DNA from: Candidatus Magasanikiibacteriota bacterium
Lineage (GTDB): Bacteria > Patescibacteriota > Patescibacteriia > Magasanikbacterales > UBA922
NCBI GenBank assembly: GCA_016193335.1
Contig: JACPSK010000001.1
Coordinates: 22,716 to 86,715, forward strand
DNA length: 64,000 nt
Direction: 5' to 3'
The notes below the pieces were generated by a model, which made no database searches, was not told where the DNA came from, and saw only the letters and a program-made list of their open reading frames with translations. This document shows positions 49,471 through 59,030 of the stretch, in pieces. A program made the translations under genes and the position numbers. Numbering within the stretch: the first letter of the stretch is position 1; every line of letters starts with the position of its first letter.

Positions 49471-50919
49471 TCAATTTTGAGTGCGCAGAGCTTCTATACA
49501 AAGCTCAAAATCATTCCATATCTGTTCGACTTCTACGGCACTGTGGCCTATAACCGTACAACCAAATTTCCCAAAATCTTTCATGGGACTAATCATATGC
49601 ATAAAAACACCGCTTTTTTTCTTATGATTAAAATCAAGTCCTGTCATTTTGATCTGTCCAATAAGTCGTGTCGGCTCTATCCGCCTTAGCCAATCTTGTC
49701 TGCCAAAAGCTTCGGATGCCTTGTAATAGATGTCGCCTTGTTCGGATTCCAAGATGCCTCTTTTTTCATTATATACGGCCTCTGTAAGATACTTCACCCA
49801 AAAATAGGTGTGATTTGTGCCTCCTTTGCGGGCGTTTATTTCCACCGGCCACAAAGACCAAGGTTCTCGCGCATTTTTTCTGCTCAACAAAAAATCCACG
49901 GCTATTATCCCCAAAGCTCCGCGCCTTCTCGTCTCCTTGACAATTTTCAGTCCGGCGTCAACAATAAACTTTTGATATGTGAAATCCGCTGGAAATTTAA
50001 CACCCACATAATCCAAACCCTCCAATATCTGGTCATGAGTGGCAAGAGCTCGAATAGAATGATCAGGTAAAATTTCAAACTGCGCGCTTGGCGAAATTTT
50101 TATAGGCTCATCAATAAATACTTCCACGACCGCGCCCTGCTCGGCGCACGCACGTTCAAAAATAAAAAAATCTTGGCGTATACCTTTCTTAAGAGCCTTT
50201 TTAAATGTTTCAAAAGAAATGAAATTTTGAATTGAAAATTTGACAATGCCGTGTCCCGCGCCTCCACGATTTAGTTTGAGCAGATAATTTTTTACTTTTT
50301 GTTTTTTAGCAAGCTTCTGTAGGACATCATAAGCATGCTCCAAGGAAAAAATATCTTTCTCTCCTGGTATCAGATCCAAACCCGCCTTGGAAAAAACGTC
50401 ACGAGCTTCTGATTTGCTGTTCAAAGCCAAGGACGAATCTGTTAAACCGTATAGCGGAATCTGAAGAAGCACCGCAAGTCTGATTTCCTCAACATTCACT
50501 TGAAAAAATTCAACAAAGGCAGGCTGATTGTATTGTTCGATTGTCTCTTTGATTTTTTTAACATATTCGGAATTGTTCAATATGACTTCTGTAAGTGATT
50601 TCCCTTTTTTTGTGGGTATAGTTAAGATATCAAAACGTCCGCGTAATTCAGGCCTGTCCATTCCTGTAACTTTTGCAAGATGATCAAAAAAATAATCAAC
50701 AATGCAAGGCTCAAAACCTTCCGACAAAACGGCGATCACATGAGTTTTCGGCTGTTTCAAAAAATACGCGAAATACAAATAGCGTTCTTCGTAAAAAACA
50801 GAACCTTCAAATTCCCGCAAAATAAACTTATCAAAAGAAATGCTTGGAATAATCACTAAAGTCCTTCCGCCAGAATAATCTGGTTCTACAATATCGAAAT
50901 TTTTTGCAAGGTCAAACAT
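49471..50919 (-). CDS. PGM1-related ATP-grasp peptide ligase
   Basis: VIIPSISFD, FYEERYL, NSKSEARDVF, SPSAQ, THDQIL, EINARKGGTNH and GKFGCTVIG; start taken at ATG 50919. Confidence 0.8.
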   Translation of the reverse strand: MFDLAKNFDIVEPDYSGGRTLVIIPSISFDKFILREFEGSVFYEERYLYFAYFLKQPKTHVIAVLSEGFEPCIVDYFFDHLAKVTGMDRPELRGRFDILTIPTKKGKSLTEVILNNSEYVKKIKETIEQYNQPAFVEFFQVNVEEIRLAVLLQIPLYGLTDSSLALNSKSEARDVFSKAGLDLIPGEKDIFSLEHAYDVLQKLAKKQKVKNYLLKLNRGGAGHGIVKFSIQNFISFETFKKALKKGIRQDFFIFERACAEQGAVVEVFIDEPIKISPSAQFEILPDHSIRALATHDQILEGLDYVGVKFPADFTYQKFIVDAGLKIVKETRRRGALGIIAVDFLLSRKNAREPWSLWPVEINARKGGTNHTYFWVKYLTEAVYNEKRGILESEQGDIYYKASEAFGRQDWLRRIEPTRLIGQIKMTGLDFNHKKKSGVFMHMISPMKDFGKFGCTVIGHSAVEVEQIWNDFELCIEALRTQN

Positions 50920-51034
50920 AAGATGCGGGAAATTGAATCTACAAAAATATAAAGAAACTGTCATGAAATCATGGCTATGGCCATATTTCACAAAATCAAA
51001 CTAAACTATCCCCTTTGCGATCTCATATTTTATT

Positions 51035-52537
51035 TCACAATTTTCTCACCAAGCCCGCGTAGCCGTCTACTTCCACCATGTCGCCGTCCTTTAATACATC
51101 TCTCGCGAAGCGCGTTTGTATCACGCAGGGGATGCCGGCCTCTCGGGCCAAAGTGGCGGGGTGGGAGGTAATGCCATGGCCGCCGTCGCAGACTATGGCG
51201 CTCGCTTTTATAATAGCCGTGGAAAAACTGGGAACCACTTGCACACTCACGATTACATCTCCCTTTTCAACTTTATGACATTCGTCGGGATTCATCACGA
51301 TTTTAACAGGACCCTGTGCTTTGCCGGGGGAAACCGGCATGCCGGTAAATTCCGTCATCCGAGGGTCTGCGACACAAAATTCTTTATAAAATTTCTCTGC
51401 TTCTTCTCCGGTCGTCAGCTCCGTTTCTTTCCCTTCTCGTGCCCGCCACAGAGACAAAGTCATCTGTTCATTTACTTCATCCGAAAGATTCTCTCCATCA
51501 AGCAAAGCACGTCTCAGTTGGTCGGTTTTCAAAAAACGAACCTGCTTGAGAGCCAAATGAGCGCGTTTGCCGATTTCTTTAAGTACCGGATCAAAATGGT
51601 ACAAAGATTCAGCCACATAACGCTTGCGTAATTCTTTTAGATGCGCCGCGTCGCGCATGGCTTGAAATAATCCCGCTTCTTCTTTATTCAAAGCTAAAGT
51701 GCTCGTGTATTCTGTCTGTTTGTCTTCAATTTCCTGTAAATCATTGAGTAACATTTTGTGTTCTTCTCGGGGGTCTTGGCCAAGAAGCTCTTTAAGAAGT
51801 TTCACGATACTTGGAATATCTAAGACAGGATCCTCATAATCACGCGTAACCCAATAATAGGCTTCAAGATGTTGTTGCATTAAGGCATACAAAGATGCGT
51901 CACTTTGCAGATCCTTGAGAGTGGCATCGAGCAGAGTCTTCTTCCATCGGTGATTGTTTGCTATCTGTATAGCCAATTCAAGCAAAGCCTTTCTATGCAC
52001 CGTGGATACCATTGCCGAGGGTTGTTTGGTTAAAATATTGAGCATCTCCGAAGCTTGTGAAGGATTATCTGAAATTCTTTTTTCAATAATCTTATACAAC
52101 TCTTCATTCAGATAGTCTTCCATAATCCAGATCGTGCCATAACTTGTGTACACGATTTTATACAACCCTTCATATTCGAGCCAGGCATTGTATAATTCTT
52201 CATTTGAGAAGGAACGCAAATCTTTGCTGGAAATACGTTTACAAAATTCAACGAGAATTGTTCCATTTTTATTCTGTAAATCAACAAAACGCGCGTACAT
52301 CCCGGGGTCTTTATGCAGAAGCTCCACAATATGTCGTCCGATCTCTTCAAAACTTTTGGCATCGTGGAAATAAATACCGAGCCTGTCTTTATATATCATC
52401 ATGGTATCTTTGAGATTCATGTCCACATATTCGTGGAGCATTTCAGTCATACCCTCCAGAGACATATAATTCGGGAACGGGCTGATGCGCTGACGCTGTG
52501 AAAGTAAAATCCATTTCCCGCTCTGTTGTTTCGTCAT
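51035..52537 (-). CDS. Helical domain + PEP-utilizer phospho-His swivel protein (paralog A)
   Basis: C-terminal GMPVSPG...GGHGITSHPATLAREAGIPCVI...VEVDG. Confidence 0.88.
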   Translation of the reverse strand: MTKQQSGKWILLSQRQRISPFPNYMSLEGMTEMLHEYVDMNLKDTMMIYKDRLGIYFHDAKSFEEIGRHIVELLHKDPGMYARFVDLQNKNGTILVEFCKRISSKDLRSFSNEELYNAWLEYEGLYKIVYTSYGTIWIMEDYLNEELYKIIEKRISDNPSQASEMLNILTKQPSAMVSTVHRKALLELAIQIANNHRWKKTLLDATLKDLQSDASLYALMQQHLEAYYWVTRDYEDPVLDIPSIVKLLKELLGQDPREEHKMLLNDLQEIEDKQTEYTSTLALNKEEAGLFQAMRDAAHLKELRKRYVAESLYHFDPVLKEIGKRAHLALKQVRFLKTDQLRRALLDGENLSDEVNEQMTLSLWRAREGKETELTTGEEAEKFYKEFCVADPRMTEFTGMPVSPGKAQGPVKIVMNPDECHKVEKGDVIVSVQVVPSFSTAIIKASAIVCDGGHGITSHPATLAREAGIPCVIQTRFARDVLKDGDMVEVDGYAGLVRKL

Positions 52538-52556
52538 AATATTAAAAATGCTTTAT

Positions 52557-53390
52557 TTACTCAATTTTGGGTTGTAGACGAGTTTCTATATCCTTTCCCC
52601 ACACGGAGAAAGTGGGATTTTCATTCAAAGAAAAATCAACCTTAAAGCCCTCCGCGTTCTCTATACCGCCTCCGCGTTCAACCGGAGTGAGACCCGTACG
52701 GGCGCTCACCACAGCATCAATGGCAGTGGCATTGGCAGCGCTCACTACGACAATGCGTTTCCCTGGTCCAAGCTGCTTCGCGAGCATAGCCACTCTCTTC
52801 TCGGCCAGCGCTATTCCTTCCTCAACGCGAGCATTCACCTGTTCCGGTCTTTCAACTTCATCGGGCCAGTCGGCAAGAAACCAGGTAGCTACACGCTTAT
52901 CTTGGATAGTTTCTGGAATGCCTAAGGCTCTGTGACGTTCTGGATCGTCCAATTGCGCTTTATACTCATCCGGTATATTGGCGGCGCCAATATCTCTGCG
53001 CGAGCGAGACTTTGGCTCGTCAATCGTACGCAATCCTTCATGCTGCGCATGCATCTCGCCTGTTTGCGGATCCCAACGCATTTTTATTGGTGAAAAAAAT
53101 GTAAATCCACCCTCCTTCAACCGTTCCGCGACACGCATGACAGAAAGTTCTGCGCGCGGATTCCCACTGTCGAAAACCTGAATAATATCCTTGTCCGGGT
53201 CCAATTCACTCATCAAACGTTCTGCCGCCTGATCCAGCTGTGATTCTCCTTCCGGCGTCAAACCACGCTTGGGGTTTGTTTTATCTTTTGTAGTTTCTCC
53301 ATGACGCAAAACATAAGCAGTCATTACCGGCATTTCACGCCTTATTTCTCGATATTCACGAGGAACTTCACCATGGGCGCCGTCTGGCAT
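52557..53390 (-). CDS. Histidine phosphatase superfamily protein (atypical)
   Basis: LRHGETT, GLTPEG and SGNPRA; second His position reads VVSAAN. Confidence 0.75.
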   Translation of the reverse strand: MPDGAHGEVPREYREIRREMPVMTAYVLRHGETTKDKTNPKRGLTPEGESQLDQAAERLMSELDPDKDIIQVFDSGNPRAELSVMRVAERLKEGGFTFFSPIKMRWDPQTGEMHAQHEGLRTIDEPKSRSRRDIGAANIPDEYKAQLDDPERHRALGIPETIQDKRVATWFLADWPDEVERPEQVNARVEEGIALAEKRVAMLAKQLGPGKRIVVVSAANATAIDAVVSARTGLTPVERGGGIENAEGFKVDFSLNENPTFSVWGKDIETRLQPKIE

Positions 53391-53495
53391 AGTATAATTC
53401 ACTAAAATATTGACTTATGTAATAAAAATTTCTCAGATGTACCTCTGCTCGCGTCAAGTATATAAACCTTTTATGTTTAAGACAAGAAAGAACCT

Positions 53496-54101
53496 TTACC
53501 CGCCACAGACCTTATATATACGCGCTATCGCATCTCCCACGTTTTTGTACAAAATAGTCCGGGCTCCCATTCGTTTTGGTTCTTTCAAATTAGCCTCCTG
53601 GTCATCAATGTAAAGCATCTCTTCCGGTTTGACGCGAAAACGCTGACAGAGAAAATACATCGTCTCGGATTTTGCTTTTGGCAATCGATATTCCCATGTA
53701 TTGATCATATTCTTTGAACCAAACACTTTCCAGACTTCGGGGAATAAAACGCGTGTATCGGCCCATTGACTCCGCATATTTTTGGTAAGAATGATAATGC
53801 GGTACTTATTTTTTAATCGCTTTGCGCAATGCAGTATGGGCTTGTTTACTGAAAGCAAACTATAATGCAAATTTCGCAATTCTTTAATGGTTAAAGGTAA
53901 ACTCAAATCCTGTATGGTCCGTGTCCATGCCTCAGTTTGAGTGATTTCCCGCAAAGCCGCCCTGTTTACATATTTTGTGTACATGACTTCATATACCCGC
54001 TCGTATGGAATGCTGAGACGGCGAGACAGAGCTCTGGCCGTGGCCACATAACCACCTTTAAAAATCACACCATGAGCGTCGAAGATGATAAGCTTAATCA
54101 T
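53496..54101 (-). CDS. HAD-superfamily hydrolase (atypical motif I)
   Basis: IIFDAHGV, ILTKN and YIDDQEANL motifs. Confidence 0.8.
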   Translation of the reverse strand: MIKLIIFDAHGVIFKGGYVATARALSRRLSIPYERVYEVMYTKYVNRAALREITQTEAWTRTIQDLSLPLTIKELRNLHYSLLSVNKPILHCAKRLKNKYRIIILTKNMRSQWADTRVLFPEVWKVFGSKNMINTWEYRLPKAKSETMYFLCQRFRVKPEEMLYIDDQEANLKEPKRMGARTILYKNVGDAIARIYKVCGG

Positions 54102-54234
54102 AAACTCATATAATTAATCGGCCAACATATAAAATTACAATCAATTTCACAGCCTTTCTGTAGCAGACTGAGGGAGTAAGGGATACATTTTTTCATGACA
54201 AGTCGCATTGACTTTAGATTCAGTATATCCCAGA

Positions 54235-55749
54235 TCACAGCTTTCTGACTATCCCTCTGCGCGCGTCCACTTCCACCATGTCACCGTCTTTCAGCACCTT
54301 TGTAGCGATCTTAGTGCCTATCACGCAAGGAATCCCAAGTTCCCGAGAAACAATGGCCGCGTGGCAGGTAATGCCGCCCATGTCGGTAACAATGGCGGCA
54401 GCCTTTTTCATGGCTGACACGATTTCCGGGATGGTCATTTCAGACACCAGTATATCGCCCTTCTCCATTTTAACCATCTCTTTGGTGCTATTTATGATTT
54501 TCACAGAACCTGTGGCCATTCCAGCAAAGGCGATCTGTCCGCTTAGCTCAGTGACGTTCTCTGTATCAGTCTTTTCTTCTTGATCAATCCTCATGCGTGC
54601 TTTCAGTCCTCTCGCCGCTTCTCCGCTCACAAACTCAGCCTGTTCTGTATTAGCGTCAAGAAACAACAAGGAATATTCACTCCGTTCACGCAAAAGCTCG
54701 GCGTCTGTTCCGCCCTTCATCAATGCTTCTTTTAATTCGTCGGGCAAAAGAAAGGGAATATGCTCCATGCTTACATACAAACGACGAGCGGCTTCCCGCA
54801 GTATCCGATGAAGCGTGTACCAAGACATATACTGGTGTTCCTTGCTCCACCCACGCTGAAACATAAAATCTTTGGCAATACGGAATACGGCGCGATACTG
54901 CGCATCCATGTTTAAGAGAGAATATAGACGATCCTGTTCACGTAATGTATTCTTCAATTGATCCTCATGCGCCTTGATCTGTTCTACAATATGAATTTCA
55001 ACGCCTGCGTTCAAAATTTCATTCACATGAGAAATAATATCTTTTTGGGTCCAGGCCGGCCCTACACAGCCAAAAGCCAAAAAAGCATATTTTTGGGTAT
55101 GTTCGATAATAGTCGGATCTTCTGGAGATAAAGAGATCTCGCCCCTCTCGGCTCTCTGAGCAAGTTTAAGCGTATCAATATGCTCTTGACTGATAAGGGT
55201 GTGATCCGTGGGTGTAGTAAGTGTAGAGAGGGTTACTCCGGGGCTTATGGCAAGTCCTCTTTCTTTTATTATTCTCTCTAAATAATCCAGCAAAAAAATA
55301 CTAAAAGCCTCGAAATGCAAATCCATATTCCAGGCGATCGCTCTAATGACATGCAAACGTTGCATCGGATGATATAATTCATCAAAGAGCTCTATCAGTT
55401 CTCTGTTCGTGAGCGATTTTATATCTGTGTTATGAACAATTTTTTTATGCAATTCTTGGATGCGAGGAACCAAAACCGTATTTGATTCATGATGCAGATC
55501 ATCAATCCATTCCGGACGATTCAAAATGGTTTGAATACTGTGTTCAGCGGTCTGTCTCCATTCTGCCCCGATTTGATACATGTTGGTAAGAATTCCCTGA
55601 TATTCATATATGCCTCTAAGAGGCGGTTCCATGCCAAAAGATTTGTTTGAAACAATAAGAGGAGTAAGCAAATGCAGAGGAGGATACTTATGCAGTTTTT
55701 CAATCAAAAGCCAGTGTTCGGATAAAAACGCGGTATGCAGATTGTTCAT
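54235..55749 (-). CDS. Helical domain + PEP-utilizer phospho-His swivel protein (paralog B)
   Basis: GDILVSEMT...GGITCHAAIVSRELGIPCVIG. Confidence 0.88.
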   Translation of the reverse strand: MNNLHTAFLSEHWLLIEKLHKYPPLHLLTPLIVSNKSFGMEPPLRGIYEYQGILTNMYQIGAEWRQTAEHSIQTILNRPEWIDDLHHESNTVLVPRIQELHKKIVHNTDIKSLTNRELIELFDELYHPMQRLHVIRAIAWNMDLHFEAFSIFLLDYLERIIKERGLAISPGVTLSTLTTPTDHTLISQEHIDTLKLAQRAERGEISLSPEDPTIIEHTQKYAFLAFGCVGPAWTQKDIISHVNEILNAGVEIHIVEQIKAHEDQLKNTLREQDRLYSLLNMDAQYRAVFRIAKDFMFQRGWSKEHQYMSWYTLHRILREAARRLYVSMEHIPFLLPDELKEALMKGGTDAELLRERSEYSLLFLDANTEQAEFVSGEAARGLKARMRIDQEEKTDTENVTELSGQIAFAGMATGSVKIINSTKEMVKMEKGDILVSEMTIPEIVSAMKKAAAIVTDMGGITCHAAIVSRELGIPCVIGTKIATKVLKDGDMVEVDARRGIVRKL

Positions 55750-55884
55750 AAAACAGTTTGAAATTTGTTAGTCATCCAGCTTAGAATTCCACTAAATGGG
55801 TTACCTTACCTGGAAAAATGTTAACGCGGGTTTTCGAAAAAACTGATACAAGGTTCATTTTACGATTTTCTCGCATCGCGAAAC

Positions 55885-57411
55885 TCAGAGTCTCTCAACT
55901 TTCCCATGAGTCGCGTCAACGCGTACTTTATCCCCATCGGCTAGCAAGCGCGTGACGTTTTTGACCCCTACCACACAAGGAATATTCAATTCACGGCTGA
56001 CAATTGCCGCGTGGCAGGTAACTCCCCCGTCTTCGGTGACTATAGCTCCGGCCTTTCGCATGGCAGGCAATAAACTGGGGAAAGTAGTATGCGCCAACAT
56101 GATATCGCCTTCATTCATTTTGTCCATTTCAGCGACCGTGTTGACAACCTTTACCTTAGCCACGATGTCGCCCGGGCAGGCACAGCTGCCTTGCAGTTCA
56201 TCGGCGTCTGATTCAAGTTCTTTTTCAAATTCAAGACTTTGTACAAAAAACTCCGCGGCTTCGCCGGTCAGTATATTTTGCCTGCCGTCAATATAGCTGA
56301 GTACGCTAAAAGCTCTGCGCTCGTTTACTATATGCGTATCCATATGTCCGCTCTTCAGAGCTCGGTTAAACTCTTCTTCAGTGAGATGATTAATTTGCGT
56401 CAATGAAACGCAGAGACGCCGAGCGGCCTCTTTGCGAAGCAGATCCATACAATAAAATCCGTAAAACATGGCGTATTTCCGAAAATCTTTGAGCCAAATG
56501 ATATCTCGAGCCACTCCGAGGAAATATCCTGTCTGCTCAGAAATCGGCAGTCGGTTTAGCAGTTGCTTCTGTTTTTCTTTGATGACCTCGTTTCTTTCCT
56601 CAGCTTCCCGAAGCGTCGAGGCCGCGTCTTGGCCGGAAGCAAAAAAATCCGCTAAAGCATACAAATAATGTTCAAGATGATAAGCCGGGCCAACGTATGT
56701 GTACGGCGTCCAACGCCATTTCTTGTAATGTTCAATAAGTAAACTGCGGCGTTCTTCGGCCATAGTCTCAAAACGCGCCTCTATTCCTTTTTTTGTATCA
56801 AATATATTTTTGGTATAAGCATCTTTGCCAATGGTTAGAGCCAGTCTCAAAAAATCGGTTTCTTCTGCCTGCGAAAAATTCTGTTCGCTTGGCGTGGTGA
56901 GCACGGTGTAGGCGCGCATAAGCTCTTCGTCATCATATCCGGACAAGTCATGTTTTAATTTTTCTATGATGTGTTTGGCGAGCAATTCACCATCGCTATC
57001 CACAAACCAGGTCGTGGAAACCGCGATCAGATGCCCTTCAATTTGCAAACGAGAGAGACGCGCGCTCATCTCTATGATCTCCTCATTGCTCAAGGTTCCG
57101 ATGTCTTTGGACTCTACCAGTCGGGCATAGGCTATATATTCTTTGTTAATTTTTCTGCACTGCTCGTGGATGCTTCGTACCCATGCCGGTTCATGTTTAA
57201 TCTTTTCTAAGACAGCCTTTATATACACGGTCATTTGATCGGCCGGAAAATAGGCGTCCGCGCCTTGATCTTTGTATATGATAATTCCGTCCTTTAACGT
57301 ATTGAGGAGCTCCGTTCGTTCTGCATATAAGATAATATCCCGAGGCAAATAATGCATGACCTTATAGTCGAGCAAACCCGGAATCATGGAAAAATTTTTC
57401 CGCCAAGCCAT
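55885..57411 (-). CDS. Helical domain + PEP-utilizer phospho-His swivel protein (paralog C)
   Basis: GSCACPG...GGVTCHAAIVSRELNIPCVVG. Confidence 0.88.
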   Translation of the reverse strand: MAWRKNFSMIPGLLDYKVMHYLPRDIILYAERTELLNTLKDGIIIYKDQGADAYFPADQMTVYIKAVLEKIKHEPAWVRSIHEQCRKINKEYIAYARLVESKDIGTLSNEEIIEMSARLSRLQIEGHLIAVSTTWFVDSDGELLAKHIIEKLKHDLSGYDDEELMRAYTVLTTPSEQNFSQAEETDFLRLALTIGKDAYTKNIFDTKKGIEARFETMAEERRSLLIEHYKKWRWTPYTYVGPAYHLEHYLYALADFFASGQDAASTLREAEERNEVIKEKQKQLLNRLPISEQTGYFLGVARDIIWLKDFRKYAMFYGFYCMDLLRKEAARRLCVSLTQINHLTEEEFNRALKSGHMDTHIVNERRAFSVLSYIDGRQNILTGEAAEFFVQSLEFEKELESDADELQGSCACPGDIVAKVKVVNTVAEMDKMNEGDIMLAHTTFPSLLPAMRKAGAIVTEDGGVTCHAAIVSRELNIPCVVGVKNVTRLLADGDKVRVDATHGKVERL

Positions 57412-57436
57412 ATGAACATAATGGTATACAATATGT

Positions 57437-57465
57437 TTGACAAAAGCAAGAAAAAATGCTATACT
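57437..57465 (+). promoter_or_regulatory. Sigma70-type promoter for the high-GC phosphatase gene
   Basis: TTGACA-17 bp-TATACT with extended TG. Confidence 0.7.
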
Positions 57466-57651
57466 AAGCTGTTATTCTTCAATATATACATTCTGCTTAT
57501 TCAAGCAGAATTTTATCGTTTATTTTGAGTCTGTCTCTGGTCTTAATAAACTAAGGCAAAAGACAGGCCCAAAACGCGCGCCTGCTTCGGGCTGAGCTAC
57601 CCTCTCTCAAGGGTGCTGAAGCAGAATCTCACAACGACAAGGGAGAAAAAC

Positions 57652-58368
57652 ATGGCCTTGGCCAAGGTGTCCGTCTACGACTTGCGTCACTATGAGAGGC
57701 AGAAGGGTTGTCCCGGTCAACCCCCGACCTTGTACGGGGAACTGACCTGCCGCGTGTTGCGAGAGATTTTGCTCGGGCGCAGGGCGCTCGAGGACATGCT
57801 GGTCTTGACCAGTCCGCAGGAGCGGGCCTGGGGGACCGGGCGCCTCGTTGCCTCGCCTGAGGCCGAGATGGGCCACTTTGACATGCGGAAGATGAACTGG
57901 CTCGAGAGCGCCACCACGCGCCTCATGGATGGCGGCAAGGAGCTCACCGAGCTAGCCGGCCGCTTCGGGGTCAGTGTCGAGCAGGCGCTCATGGTCCTGC
58001 CCCAGTTCGCGAGCCTTGTTTGCGACTGGACCGTGGAGGCCTTCTTCGGCCTCACGGGTGCCATCGCGGATGGCGAGCACCAGAACGTCTTGATGTTCTC
58101 GCATGGCGGGCAGGTGGATGCCCGAGCCATTTTCATGAAGAAGTTCAAGGCAGAGCCGGGCATGAAGCCGCAGAACTTGAAGCCGATGCTCGACATGCGC
58201 TTCCTGAACGGCCGCTGCGCCGACACCTGCGAGGGCTACGTCTACGACCTCCAGGTGGACACCGCGGCCGGCCTCATCGAGCGGGTCTTCGATGTTCAGC
58301 GCATCGAGCTCCCGGCCCAGTTCAAGGCACTGGGGGGCGGCGCCCTGGACCGCCTGCTCGCCGGCTGA
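57652..58368 (+). CDS. Divergent histidine phosphatase superfamily protein (high-GC gene)
   Basis: LRHYER, TSPQERAWGT and FSHGG motifs; GGGAG RBS before ATG 57652. Confidence 0.7.
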   Translation: MALAKVSVYDLRHYERQKGCPGQPPTLYGELTCRVLREILLGRRALEDMLVLTSPQERAWGTGRLVASPEAEMGHFDMRKMNWLESATTRLMDGGKELTELAGRFGVSVEQALMVLPQFASLVCDWTVEAFFGLTGAIADGEHQNVLMFSHGGQVDARAIFMKKFKAEPGMKPQNLKPMLDMRFLNGRCADTCEGYVYDLQVDTAAGLIERVFDVQRIELPAQFKALGGGALDRLLAG

Positions 58369-58557
58369 TCTTTTCCGCGGCCGCCAAATCTAGCCCGATT
58401 CGGGCAGATACCTATCCGGCGGCCGCGCTTCGCCCCTCCTTTTCGACTGCTCTTTGGAGCGCGTCCCAATAATCGGTCCCTACCACTACCGATGGACGCG
58501 CTCTTCCCACCTCTTATGCGTTTTGTCTTTATCCGCTCCATAAGACGCTTGAGAAGT

Positions 58558-58587
58558 AAAAACATCCGGCTAAGCCGGATGTTTTTT
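58558..58587. terminator. Bidirectional rho-independent terminator
   Basis: AAAAACATCCGGC-TAA-GCCGGATGTTTTTT between convergent genes. Confidence 0.8.
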
Positions 58588-58596
58588 GTTGATTTT

Positions 58597-58932
58597 CTAT
58601 GATTCTGATTTCTGCACTTCCAGACGCTTGACTCGTTTTTTCAAAACCACTATTTCTCTGGCAAACAAACCGCCGTCTTCATGGACTTTTGTTTCAAGAT
58701 TTTCAAAGCGAATATCGATTTTATCCAAGGTATAATGAACTTGGGAGAGTTCAGCTTTCACAGAACACATATCTTCGTTAAGAATTGAGACCTGTTGTTG
58801 CAAAACCGAAGTATCGGCTTTAAGTTCGCTTCTCAATTCCCGGATATCCTCTTTTGTCGCCGCAGTATCCTTTATGAAAATGACAATATCCAATATATCA
58901 TTTAATTTCTCTTCAAACATCTCTGACGTCAT
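58597..58932 (-). CDS. Coiled-coil protein (paralog 2 of 48976-49347)
   Basis: KLNDILDIVIFIKDTAA vs KIDEILEIVVFIKDNAA; NLETKVHEDGGLFA vs NLENKVQEDGNAFA. Confidence 0.8.
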   Translation of the reverse strand: MTSEMFEEKLNDILDIVIFIKDTAATKEDIRELRSELKADTSVLQQQVSILNEDMCSVKAELSQVHYTLDKIDIRFENLETKVHEDGGLFAREIVVLKKRVKRLEVQKSES

Positions 58933-59030
58933 AATAGTATTCCTCCCTTCTATACTTCACAGCTAGCAGTGAAGTACTTCAGTGTAAATTAATAGTACAA
59001 TTCCAATAATACTTCAGACATCACTGCCTA

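Noticed and set aside
57717-58472. Alternative 169-aa and 150-aa ORFs over the high-GC phosphatase gene
   Set aside because: These are shadow frames; only 57652-58368 carries the RH, SPxxRA and SHGG motifs and an RBS.
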